Of a stretch of 64,000 nt of DNA, positions 24,111 to 36,242 are shown one piece after another. The translations under genes were made by a program, and so were the position numbers. Within the stretch, counting starts at the first letter, position 1. Each line of letters opens with the position of its first letter. The stretch covers positions 16,244,001-16,308,000 of the forward strand of contig OZ365112.1 in NCBI GenBank assembly GCA_977030845.1, in the 5' to 3' direction. This DNA comes from Fimbriosthenelais zetlandica. Its lineage: Eukaryota. The notes beneath the pieces were generated by a model that searched no databases, had not been told where the DNA came from, and saw only the letters and a list, made by a program, of their open reading frames with translations.

Positions 24111-26384
24111 ATTATAGCAATTTGGATCCTGCCTAATCCTCTTGCTTTCATATTGGGAAAATAGCCCTATTAATCCAGGTGAATGAAGTGTACGACCACT
24201 CATTAATTATCAATTAAGTCCTGGAGTTACCCTTAATCACACAACATCAAGCACCAATTAGATGGGATTCACTAGCAAATTAGATCCCACCCATTGCAAT
24301 CAACGGTCTCTTTAACATATGTAAAAAAGAATAGCCTTGAGCTAAGAACCAATGTATTTTTAAAATACCATGGATCCTTTAGAGGGTGGTTGATTCACTG
24401 CAGTCGTGGATATGGTATAACCACAGATTATTGTTGGGAAATGACGTTATAGCCATACATGGAATAGAATTTAAAGATACCTGGGAGCAATGAATATGGC
24501 TGTCTTCGAAAAGCGATACCACTGTCCACAAGAGATTTCATTCACAATCGCTATAGGTTGATTTCCGACTGTATGAGTGTATAGGATTTCTCACTATTAC
24601 ATCCATTTTGCATCCAAATAGCCCAAAAATTGCCTGAAAAGTCATTTTGTTGAAAAAATGGCTTCAATTAGTCAGGACCAAGGCTTCATTAATCAATGCT
24701 TGAATGAACTCTGACATGGTTGATTGAATTTGAATTACTGTTTTAAAACAATGTTAAGCTTTTTCTACCATGGCTAATTAAATAGTCGAGGGGTGTCTGT
24801 TGAATGGACTCATTTCTCTCTAGTTAAAACCCATTACATTAAGCTTATTTTTTATTTATCACCATGCTAGACTCATCTATCATTCTCACATGTATAATAT
24901 TTGGTTTTCGAACTGGTAGGCTGGACAAGGCAAAAAGGCTATTATCCTTTGGGGTTGGTCTATAGAAGCGAGTCCAGAGCTGCTTATGAAGTCTCCCAGA
25001 TATTTTCGTCTGGACTATCAGCAAGTCCATATATTACCCCATTGGACATTATCAGTATTCCTAAAAGGCAATACGGCGTTGGATTAGCACTGTATCTCCT
25101 TGGCAGGCAGTCGAGCTGCTGTATCTAATATCATTAAACTAATAGGATTCCCTCTTCATGAATGTCTATTACATGTGGTGCCATGAGCGACCCCTCTATC
25201 TGGCTGTCACCGACACAAGTTCAATCATTCCCCACGTAACTTGCATATCAACTGACTGTACTGAGAACAGTAGCTGCTTCTATGAGATCTATATGTGATA
25301 GAGGCAGTACAGCTGAAACTCATACCCTTAGACGCATAATATTTAATGGATAGATGTTTCTGTTTTACTTTGTCCTTTGACTGATGATGGTATTCTTTTC
25401 TCTTTATTTGTGGGAATTCGGAAAGAAAGTCGATCAAATAATATAATGTGTCCTTCGGGCCTAAGATGAGCTGGAGCAGGGAGGTCGATCCCTTAACCTG
25501 AGCTATGATGTGTCCGTCAGGGTGAAGCCGAGGCAGACTTCATACCATTTGTATGCAAATGGTGGCCTCTCACGAGCTCGACGATGCCTTTTTATCATCC
25601 ATGTTTTGTCCATGCCAATTTGTCTTTTGCATCCGTATACAAAAGACCTGCATGTGTGTGCGAAACAACAATTTCTAGCAAGACATTTCCCCTATCACCA
25701 GACCCCGATGCCTGATTGCAAGAGGACAAAAAGGGAAGAAATGCATTACTTTTTGTGACATCCGATTCATCTGGGAACTATGAATTATGATAATTGCTTT
25801 CACTTCCACTACATTTAATATGAGATTGGCCAGGGAAAATACGGTCATAAAAATGAAATACAATCCTTAATATGGTTACCATTTGTGATATATCATTCTG
25901 CAAATTTAAAAAAAGCAGTATCCATGAAATATAACATTTCAGGACAATGCAAAAAAAAGTAGTATATAAGATGGACAAATAAGAAACTGACAGAAATCAT
26001 CCAATATTTATTCCCTTTCAGGAGACGGTGTTCTGTCCAAACAGGGGATATATGCAATACTCCTCTATCTCCTTCTTTTTCAGGGGCAGTGTCTGTCTCA
26101 TCTTGTGCTACTTCTCATTGCCAGACATTTCTGAAGTCCTCCATTTTATTGCGTGTGCCATTTAAACTGAAATTGTTCCGCAAGTAATTATTCTTTAGGT
26201 TTGTTTCCTACCAAAATATATTCTCTGTCATAATTGACTAACAGAGCCGTAGATAAGAGGAATGTGACAAGTTTATTAATTAGACTGACGTTATGGAACC
26301 ATATGCTTACTGTAGAGTGTTGACATTCCACTCATGCTGCTCTCCCTCAGCAAACTCACCACAGATCGTATTCTGTTGACTCAC

Positions 26385-26529
26385 AGATGACTAAAGGTTT
26401 CAAGTCACACGTCACTGGAAGAACCAAAGGCTTCCAGAGCAGATCTGGAGTCTCTCCAGGCGTGGTCTGGTGTAAATACTCTTTATGCACTCCCCGACTC
26501 ACATGTGGAAAGAGACAATATGTCGATGA
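26385..26529 (-). CDS. Candidate internal exon (SSTYCLFPHVSRGVHKEYLHQTTPGETPDLLWKPLVLPVTCDLKPLVI)
   Basis: Good donor T|gtgagt and 48 open codons. The phase-1 end is compatible with the 10976 exon, but the phase-0 start does not join the 29022 exon directly. Confidence 0.25.
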
Positions 26530-28692
26530 CTAAGCAACTACTCCTCTATATTGGATAGTGATTTATATTTTATATGTATATACACATATCATGACCATGA
26601 CATACATACATGTACATAGGCCTACACATCAAATACCATGCGGAGCTGATGAGCTCCGGACTGAATATAATTTATATATATCTATCATGAATAAGATGTA
26701 TAGATGGTCTTTACTATTACACTCTAAGTTAGTGTGAATTTGCATCACCATCACCTGTGACATACACAGAATATGAATGTAATGCACTGTAGGCAATGTT
26801 CAGAACAAGTTTTTGTTCTCTAGATATTGTGTGCATGTGAAGAGTGACCTTTACCGATGCAGCAGTTATAGCATTTGCCTGGATGACTCACGACTATGTT
26901 TATATCATTTTTGTACTGTATAATGCATTGTCCTGGATAAAATTTTGACGAAAACCAATACAGTAGAGGAGATGTACATACTTTCTCATCGATCAAGCAA
27001 GATGATAATATTATGATGTAAATATTGCAATAATAACCCTAAAAGGTAGACCCCATAGTGAAATCAAGCATCAAATCAAGATCAAAAATAAATTTTACAG
27101 GAAATGAAGCCAAAAATGACATATTTGTCCAGGAACATCGATGTGTTGCAAGAAACATCCATGTATTCACTGCAGAACGTCTTGATGCCAGCAAACATAA
27201 CATGTGCATTAATGCCAAGATGCTGTTCTTCAGGTTGACAATGGTGTCGAGTTTAAATTCCACTCACTATTACCCTGATTGACTTTCTTTTTCTATTATG
27301 TGAAGGTTTGGGCATCTGGTTCCATTTAGTCCTCCTATAGCAAGGCATTGATTATGTTCATTCAAGAAATTGTTTCACTTCATGAAGCAACAATGAATCC
27401 TTAAATTGATGGACAATTTCAAGCTCAGGACAAGGGCATAAAATGTTGTCTCTTTGGTTGAGTCTCATCGACCCCTGATCTTGGAAAGTGTGTGGTGCTA
27501 ATAGGTCCCCATTCTGCATTCTGAATGAAGGCTGTTCCTTTAAACAATGGCTCACCTTTAGAGTAGTTAGCGCTGCCTATTTAGAACCAGTCCAGGTCAT
27601 TCAAGCAAATGTCCTTCCCATGCTTCCCTGCAGGAATGTCCATAAACCTACCAATGAGGTATTGTCTGTTCATACTTTAAACATTCACCCTGCGTTGCAC
27701 ATCGATTGGAAGACTCTCGCCAAGCGAATATTACTGTTGCATGAAGCCTGGGTACTAGAGACACTAGAGACTGCTATTTGCAACTATTTTATCCCCTTAG
27801 TATATCTGTTGAAAAGCCAGAGCCTCAAATATTAACCAGTGGACAGCGTACTACGAAGACGAAGGCTTCTTCTTCAAGTGTGGTTTAGGTAGTTTCTGGG
27901 GGACCCTTTCCTATCACATTTGGATGTTAGAATATCAGTTAATGGAAGGTTATACACATGCCAGGTGAGCTTCATAAAGTATGTAAAGCGAACTCTACCC
28001 TACTGCCAGACATTACATCCATGGCCAGTCAGCCAGCACAGTCATACATCCATTATGGTCAGACATCTTAAATGTCAAATTCCCCACTGGCCATGATGAC
28101 GATAAAAAGGCTCCCAGAAAACAGAAAATGAAACAAAAGAACAATTGGCTTTCACTCTCGTTGAGTCCTTTTACAAAATGGCCCTAAATGGATTGTTCAC
28201 CTCTTTGATCTTTGAAGATCAACAATCAAGGATGTCAAGACTAAAAATTTTACTGAAAATACTGGCTTTTGTCTGACGATATTTTAGGCAAACTCTGGGT
28301 ATTATTGGCATTATGGATATCATTGATGAAATGCTTCTAATTAGGGTAAACAGTCTTCTATCGATGGTACATCCAACTATAACCTACAAAGTGTAATAGA
28401 AATAATAGAAATGGCATGGCATAGTTCAATACCAACATTTTATCCAATTGATCAATAGCTTATGCAAACAGACCAAGACCACTATACATTAATTGCAAAG
28501 ATAGCTAATGGCAACAATGCCATGTTTGGCTAAGCATAATGTGAAATTGGAATTCGTTGTGAAGTGATTCGGTCTGTGTACTGCTGCAGTTTTACTATGC
28601 GGTTCCACTATGGAAAGTGACTCTAGATTTTATAATATTATATTCATCAAAATGGAGGAAAAGGCCAGCAGGCTTGCTTATAGTCTGAGAAA

Positions 28693-28879
28693 CTCATACT
28701 GAACTCTCAGATCCTCATTCTTGGAACTCTAGGAACCTCATACATGGAACTCATAGATCCTCATTTTTGGAAACCTAGGAGTGTCATACTTGGAACTCTA
28801 GGAGCCTCATTCTTGGAACTCTTGGGGCCTCATCCCATGCATGGGACTCATTTTTGGAACTCTGGGAGTCTCATTCTTG
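28693..28879. repeat. Degenerate minisatellite of about 8-9 copies of a 21-22-bp unit (consensus about CTCATTCTTGGAACTCTAGGAGC)
   Basis: Recurrent ttggaactct / ctcat spaced about 21-22 bp apart. Confidence 0.85.
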
Positions 28880-29021
28880 ACCTAGTTTGACATCTGGATC
28901 ACATGTGTCTTTCATATAAAACAAGCTGCATGGAGAAGGCTGAAACAGCTGACTCACTTGTGCAGCCTACCAGTAATATACCGTACCTCGGAGAATGGCA
29001 TCAATGAATAGCTATACGTAC

Positions 29022-29682
29022 CTTCAGCAATAGATGTGCTGTGTTGTGTGAGTGCATTTTGTTGTTGGTCTCCCTGCTCCTGCTCCACCTGCTCCTCCTG
29101 GTGTGGTTGAGCAAGAGGAGGCTTGGGCGGGCAATGGATTTTGTCGGCTCCAGGAGCAGATGGCTTCATTCCTTTTCCTCCTCCTACTCCTACTACAGTT
29201 GCTGTTGCCATCAACGTACCTCCCTCTGTTGTACTAGTAGTACTACTACTAGTTGTTTTAGTCTGGCTCTGTCCCTGACCAGCCTGCTGGCCAAAGGAGG
29301 CTCGGCGGTCACTTTGGGAGGGCAGCACCATCATTCCTCTTAGTTGCACAGGTACCTCTGTCAAAGCTACAACGTCCACTTTGACCTGGCGACAACACCC
29401 GTCCCTTTCCAGTCTCCTGCAGAGTTCCAACTGAGAATTATTCAGTGTGTACCAGTGACCGTCCTTTTGTACTGCCTGGATCTTGGGAAAGTCTCCGTTG
29501 GCTGCAATCTTCCGCGTGATATCACTTATGTTTCTGTCCAGGTCTGTAGAGAGGGCATGGGACATGATATCTGACTGATGATCAGAGAGGAAATGGATGG
29601 AGGAAGGAGACAGGAGGAGGCTGGCTGACTTGACCGTACTACCAGATCGTGCGCCTCCAGCCCCACTCCTGTGACGGCCCAT
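29022..29682 (-). CDS. First coding exon of a protein with a divergent ParB/Srx-like domain followed by Gln/Thr/Ser/Gly low-complexity sequence
   Basis: Longest ORF in the window (245 aa). Kozak-like accATGg at 29682, acceptor ccagcag| at 29764, donor GAA G|gtacgt (phase 1). The segment LSPSSIHFLSD...FPKIQAVQKDGHWYTLNNSQLELCRRLERDGCCRQVKV fits, from memory, the invertebrate ParB-like pattern LxPSxIxF(S)QD...PxIxVxxxxGxWxxxDNRRLxxxRxLERxGxC. Confidence 0.7.
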
Positions 29683-32600
29683 GGTGATCATAGCTTGGTT
29701 CTGTTCGGAAACCTCTCCTCCAGCTTTAAATTCAAATATCCAGCTCCCAATTAACTAATCACACCTGCTGGGATCAGGATTTCATTTGTAAAATCCTGCC
29801 AGAGCAGTTTCCAAGTTCATATCTCAATCAAGTATCAGTATTATCCGGAGATTCCACTTCCTTATGGGAGGTTCTTCTTGATGAAATAAATTGCTGACGA
29901 AGCCTTCGAAGAACAGATTCTAGTTGCATTAAAGTTGAGCTGCAAAGAAAAGTATATTTTGATTATAAATGTATTGCCAATTCACCAGATGAAGCATTGT
30001 AATACATGCAAACGAGAAGGTGCAAGCAATCAGCAACTATAATTATTTTACTTTTGTGAGATGAATAGGGCCAATATACTCATAATCTGATGTTTCATTA
30101 CCATTTTAGCGACTTACAGGGAAAGGGAAATTTATATCAATTGGGAGTGTATCAGGGTGTATCGTTTGAGGGAAAGAAAGCATCCCCTGCATTGTGTATA
30201 AGTGTGCCATCTCAAATACGCCCAGCATTTAAGAGCTACTTTCACTGTCAGCTCCTCATCTCCTCGTGGGATTAGTAATGGCGCCGCCCAACGTTGAATT
30301 ATTTCGACTTTTTAAATGTCATCCTGGAAATTAAACTTAAAACAACAGATTTGTTTTAGACTTCGTCAGAGATGAATTAAATCTGCAACAGGTGATAGGG
30401 CCTTTTTCTCCAGACTCCACCTTTGGACCAGTCCTTCAATTCTGTTGGGCGATTAAGTATATATTAGAATGCCTGCTCCATCTAACATTTGGGACCTTAA
30501 TGAGGGAACACATTGGTCCGATTCTCCAATCCTTCGCCATCCGATTCCCCATTTCTCATGACATCTAATCAATTAGATTGTGTCAGTGGTTACCATTACC
30601 TATAGGTGTAACGGGCTGTTGTATGCATTGTATGTGAACAGAAATCTTGAATGGAGCCGAATGGAAAATCGGATCAGTGTCTGGCCACCTTTAGACTGCC
30701 ACCCACATATTGCTATAGGCATTGTCCAAATTACTTTTTACCGCGATGACATTCACCTGCAGTATTTATCTGCATGTATTTCAGTAATCAGTGTGATGGG
30801 AATTGAGAATCCATCCATGGTAAAATATGATCAGATTGTACCTATCAACTGTCAAGATGTTTAATTCATGAAACTGTAATGTAAGCAGTCGCCAGATTTT
30901 TATCTGTAGGCCTACCGCATGTTAAATATTTGAACTCTTGCATAGGAATAATTGCGTTGAAGCTTTTCAACAGTTTCGACATCTCGACATAAAAATAAAT
31001 AAAATATCTCAATTCTTTTAACTGATTGTCATCCTACAGTTGGCTTATTGTGATTAAATAGGCCTATCAGAATATAGCTTGCAGTGCTGGCGGTCCTCCC
31101 TTCCAATATCATCTAACCATAATAATATTGGTGTGACTACCTCCTATATAGGCCTAGCATTGCAAGGCGAAAGTCATAAACCATATGATAGGATATTGCC
31201 CTCTATATAACAAATAAAATCTCGCCAGAGAGGCCATCCAAGAGAGGCCCATACTAGTTTGGAAGCACCAAATATCTGACGAGAAAACAGATAACCTTAC
31301 TCATCGAATGTAAAAGGGCTTTTATCTTTCTAGACAATCCAAGATGTATTTGCTTTTTGTCAATATTCATTTTTGATGTTCACAGGAGAAGGAATGCACC
31401 ATGGCACTCTCAAGGGCCTTTACTGAGGACTTTGTCGTGCTACATTAAACATTAAAGGCCAGCAATCGTGGTGCTAGCAGTCTCTAGCAGACAGATGTGT
31501 CCCAGTCTGACACTATATTTCTACCAAACCTGCTGAGCCAGGGGCCAGCCCCTTGAGTACAGTGTCAAAAGTCATAAAAGACACGTTAAAATAGGAAAGA
31601 AATAGTGAATTTTAAAATAGACGCGTTTGAAGGGGGTTTGAAGGAAGTGCAACACTGCAAAGCCAGTTTCACTGTAATAGTTGTCATGATCGATATTAGC
31701 TTGACGGAGGGCATGGTTCGTTCGTATTATGCAAAAAAACTACAACTGATTGAAGCATAAACTATTTTAATGCAGAATCTTGGCTGTCCAAGGTCGGAGC
31801 ATCTTTAATGCTCTTGATCATGACATGCAGCAGATTGAAGTCTATGTCAAGCAATTTCGTGACTGGTTCCGTCGACATGTTTAGGTTAATTCTACATGAA
31901 CATCGTCCAAGCGTCCAAACAGAATGGGATGACATTGGCGAAATATTCACACAACTCAACAAGCTACACGTTCATGAATCACTGAAATCCGCCCATATGA
32001 TCAATAGGACAGGAAGTACCCCTTTTTTAGGGTCGCTTGAGATACACCCACACTGCCTCCAGTGCTTTGCATGCGTCATTACACATGACATTGCCACCAC
32101 CACCTACAAGTGGCGGACTTGGGAACTAGCTTTCCTGGAGGGACAGAAGGACTTTTTGGACTAGACCTTTGGGTGACGTGTGAGGAATGATGAAATAGAC
32201 TGAGTCAGCTTCCTGTCTACATGCCCTAGTGTATACCTCCCTATCTGATAAAAACATCCTTTATCATGGGATTTATCACTTCTAACACTCAGCTTTCTGT
32301 AAAAAGCTTATCCCTGGCCACATCTATTTAAGCTGGCCGATGCTGCAGTTGGCATAGCTCAAAGCCATTAAGAGTAGTGGGACGCTGTCAGGAGAGTCAA
32401 GATTGTAGGTGGCTTCAGCATAGCTTCTTCAGAGGGGGGTGCACTAAGTGGCTCCGCTTCTTCATTCTCATCACCCTGTCATTGTACGCGATCCTCTACA
32501 GTTCCTTTTCAACAGGGATGGCACACTTCCTACACTCAGCACAAGGAATAACATGATTTATGTACTAGGAGGCATTCATTCTATTGTTGGCAAGTCAGAT

Positions 32601-34005
32601 TTTGAAGTGTACCCAGTGATATGGGGTAGACGACGTAAAATTGGAAATGTTTAGGCCCACTTTGTATGCTGTATTGGTAGCATGAATCAGACTAGCGTGG
32701 ACTGAGCAGGTCTTCTTAGTGAGGATACCCTGTATGCTGGAAAATGTTCTTATTTAAATAACAGGGCTTCAGGAATGAAGCTTGGGCCACCTCCTCCATG
32801 TCCGTACATTGATTTGAAAGGATATGCAGTTCTTAAATGAATGTGTAATTGAAGTTCCAAAGCAAGACAGCAATATAAATGACATACTGGAGGAATCGTA
32901 ATGTCCAGACTATAGGCCTAATCATCTGCCTTAGAACGGCACGCAGTATTGATTGAAATATTCCTGATAGTTCCGGTGCCTGAAGAGGAATGGCTTTATG
33001 GCAAATTGCTTTGCTCCTTGTGACTTACTTCATTGAAAATCCACCCCAGTTAATGATTGGCATTGGGTCAATACCTAACTAGTATGTAACTGCCAACGGT
33101 GGGATAGCCATAAATAATAAATAATTACTAATGAATCGATTTATCGGACTCAAGTCACCCAAACCAAGAAAGGTTCTGGTATCCCAATGGATGAATTGCG
33201 AAGTAATTTAGGCCTATTATCCTTTCCCTTTACATCATAAACTCCTGCTGAACGGGAGTTTAAACTTTTAGGCAGTAACAGAACTGTTGTCATGTTGAAT
33301 AAAAATGTTGATTTTTTTGCATTATTTCAAATGCTAATACATTTAGTATGGTATGTTATGTGCATGAGTACTTAGAACTTTCCAGTCCATCAATCATCAG
33401 TTCTGTTAAAACACACATAGTGCAAATGCTTCATTCCCAGACAACATATCAAGCCTAGGCCTACTAATGTGAAGCATGAACTCGCGACGTGTATACCCTG
33501 TCAGATGCTCATGAGAATGTTGAGAAACTTGGGTCGCCTTTTCTCGGGCGGCCTCTAAATAATGGTAATGTGGTTATAACACGAAAAATGCAGACATATC
33601 TAATTCTGACACATGTTACAATTTTGGATTTTCACATGAGTGTGCAGAGTACCATTGATAGCTTTCAAATCACTACAATTAGCAGAGTGGAAATCACCCG
33701 AGATAAATGCCAGCCAATTGTGGGCAGGACAGTCGTCAACCAAGTGCTCAGATGCCAGCGGCATACTGTTGTCCCACCCCATAAATGAATGTTGACAATT
33801 CTAGCAATATGTTAACATTTCATCCTTTCACGATTCAGAATGTCAGGATTTCTTGATATAAATGCTAATAATCCAATATATTTGGGCTAGGTGTGAAATT
33901 TGTTACTCTTAGGCCTACATTTAGCCCACATAAAATTAAAAGCGATAGAAAGCAAAAATGGTGGTAACCTCTAACAATGTAAGTAGAGTAAATAGGGGGT
34001 CTTAC

Positions 34006-34135
34006 CTTTGCTGTGAAGAAATTGAGAGGTGGTTAATGTACTTTGACCCTCCACCTTCACCTCGTCTGGCAATCACTCCTCACCCAAGCTAGGTGCCTCA
34101 CCCCCAGAGCACCCACCCATGGAACACCTCCATTC
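34006..34135 (-). other. Probable non-coding 5' UTR exon of the minus-strand ParB-like gene
   Basis: Strong donor AAG|gtaaga and acceptor actcttgcag|. Stops in all three frames; contains upstream ATGs. Confidence 0.5.
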
Positions 34136-34596
34136 CTGCAAGAGTTAAGTTCCCAACACGAAGAAAACTATATCTTTTCTATATCTATATCTTTATCCAC
34201 AGAAAAGGAGAAAGATTTTACGGATTTCAGGTGTGTTCAGCAATACGCTTCAATGTTCTGTCAATTGCTGTATCTTTGGAGTCGTTGACTAGGCCTACTC
34301 CAGAGGAAATTGGGTGGATGTGTGTAGAGATAGATATCCTATGAAGGTGGCACCAGAGTGAGTATTTTATAACAGATGCCTTTGACTTGGTAACCACTTC
34401 TGATTATCTGAATCTGAATCACTGTGTGAGCAACTCCACCTCATCCTTGGCACATGTCCCACAAGGCAAGCTGCCGGGACATAGCGAGGCTGCGATGGGT
34501 AGTTTCCATGCCTTTCAACTGTGCCCCTCTCTCTGCCTCCACACTGACTGACTTGGCCTTGTGTTACAAAGCTTCTAAAGGGAGGCAGTGCCTGCA

Positions 34597-34642
34597 GCAG
34601 CAGTGGCAGCAACAAAAGTGCAGCAGTGGCAGCAACAAAAGT
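34597..34642. repeat. Perfect 23-bp tandem duplication GCAGCAGTGGCAGCAACAAAAGT
   Basis: Read directly. Confidence 0.95.
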
Positions 34643-35706
34643 GCCGCTGGTTATGTTCGGTGATTCTTAAAAATATATTTTTTATGTCAGTAAAATTTGC
34701 TTTTGTTGATTATTAGGCCTATACCAGCTAGGCCTACATAATTTGCTACGTCCATGTGGCATTCGTTAGATGTGTCTTTTAAGATGTCATACTAGACATA
34801 GGGCCTAAGGTAGGCATAGGCCTAATGAAAGAAAAAGTGGCTGATCCAGCATTGACATTTTTGAATACAGCTGAAGCTTAAATATGGGAAGAAGGTTCAC
34901 TCTAGCGACAAGAATAGGCCTACCGGAGAATAAAACGGACGTTTTTGTCTTTGAAATGAGGGCTTTAGTGTCCAGCTCTGTTTGAGAAAAAACAAATCTA
35001 AATGTTATTGAGACTTTTCATATGAAACGTTGCATACCGTAGGCCTACAGTTTTTCCAAATGACACCATCAAAGGATCTCCTGCAGCACCCATCATCACT
35101 CGTTCCACCCAGCTCGAGCCACTCCTGCCCGCCCACATCGGCCCCCTATAGGATCCTATAGGACTATTAGGCCTATACTAATTTATAGATATGTACGCTA
35201 TGGTATCTCATCGGGCCTATAGGCCTACCACACATAGGCATAGGGGGGGGGGGCCTACGGAATCAAACCTTAGAATTGTTACAGTAGGACTAGTCCTAAC
35301 TGTTCTATGGCCAAACAAAACCTAAGGTAGGCCTAGGCCCTAGGCCTAGGCCTATGGCTACCGTCCCACCCAAACACAGTCTCCACCCAGGAAAAGGGAT
35401 GGATAACGTTAGCCTACTCTATCTATATCTACTAGGTGTGGGGCATAATCCCAAATCCCATATTTGACCCAATTTACACGGGCATTGCTAGTTGGTCTGT
35501 GGGACATTCCTATAAGCCTATTAGGCCCTACTATTTAGTGGCATTATAGTAGGCCCTATAGGTATAGGCCTACGTGATAGCCTAGGCCTACTACGTAATG
35601 TTAGAAACACAGCTAAATAAGCCTACAACTACCGATGACGTCACCGATCGGGAGAAACATTGCGCTGGGGAAATACCGCGCTTTCTGAAGATGTCATACA
35701 AAATAC

Positions 35707-35789
35707 TGTGCACAACTTTCTGTGACATCATAGGAAGTGGTGCACAACGTCATAGGAAGTTGTGCAAAACGTCATAGGAATTTGTGCTC
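35707..35789. repeat. About 3.5 tandem copies of a 22-bp unit TGTGCA(C/A)AACGTCATAGGAAGT in the promoter core
   Basis: TCATAGGAA starts at 35728, 35750 and 35772, an exact 22-bp period. Confidence 0.9.
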
Positions 35790-36230
35790 AAAAAACATCC
35801 TGTGACGTCACACACACAAACACATCACCGCGGTGATCGTTCAGAAAAAAGCTCAAAAACCATGGGAAAAAAATCATCTTCTCCAGGGTTTTTGGAGGCA
35901 AACTGTGGTGAAAACAAGTGCCACTGTATAAAAGTATGGCCATGTAAAAAATCAGAGCAATCTGTCCAGCGGTTTGGGAGGAGGCCTATAGGGCCTATAG
36001 ATAGATCAATGTAGGCTAGCCTAGGCCTACTATTTAAAAGTACGCCTTTCACTATAAATGTAGCTAAATACGCAAATTATTGGTTCATATAACACGTATA
36101 TGATGATATCTTGTATTTAAAGTGCTTTCCCTACTTTTACTGTCCCGTTGGCACGTCAAAATTGCTTTTAGTTTTCTGAAGGGGAATTCCACTTGGGGAT
36201 ACCCTCCTCATGACGTCATTATCGTGTTTA

Positions 36231-36242
36231 CAAAATGGCGGC
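36231..36242 (+). promoter_or_regulatory. YY1 consensus site CAAAATGGCGGC
   Basis: Matches the established (C)AANATGGCGGC motif, in the usual position just downstream of a presumed TSS. Confidence 0.7.

Noticed and set aside
25440-25465. GTCCTTCGGGCC as a BEL/Pao tRNA-Tyr primer-binding site
   Set aside because: The match is imperfect, lacks the TGG start, and has no adjacent LTR.
29041-29574. + strand ORFs overlapping the ParB-like exon
   Set aside because: Antisense shadows of a low-complexity coding exon.
33600-33782. LVDDCPAH as a pogo/Tigger DDE motif
   Set aside because: The expected downstream LPPNTT…QPxDQG motif is absent.
35707-35789. 22-bp repeats as a CRISPR-like array
   Set aside because: Units are contiguous with no unique spacers, and the context is a eukaryotic promoter.
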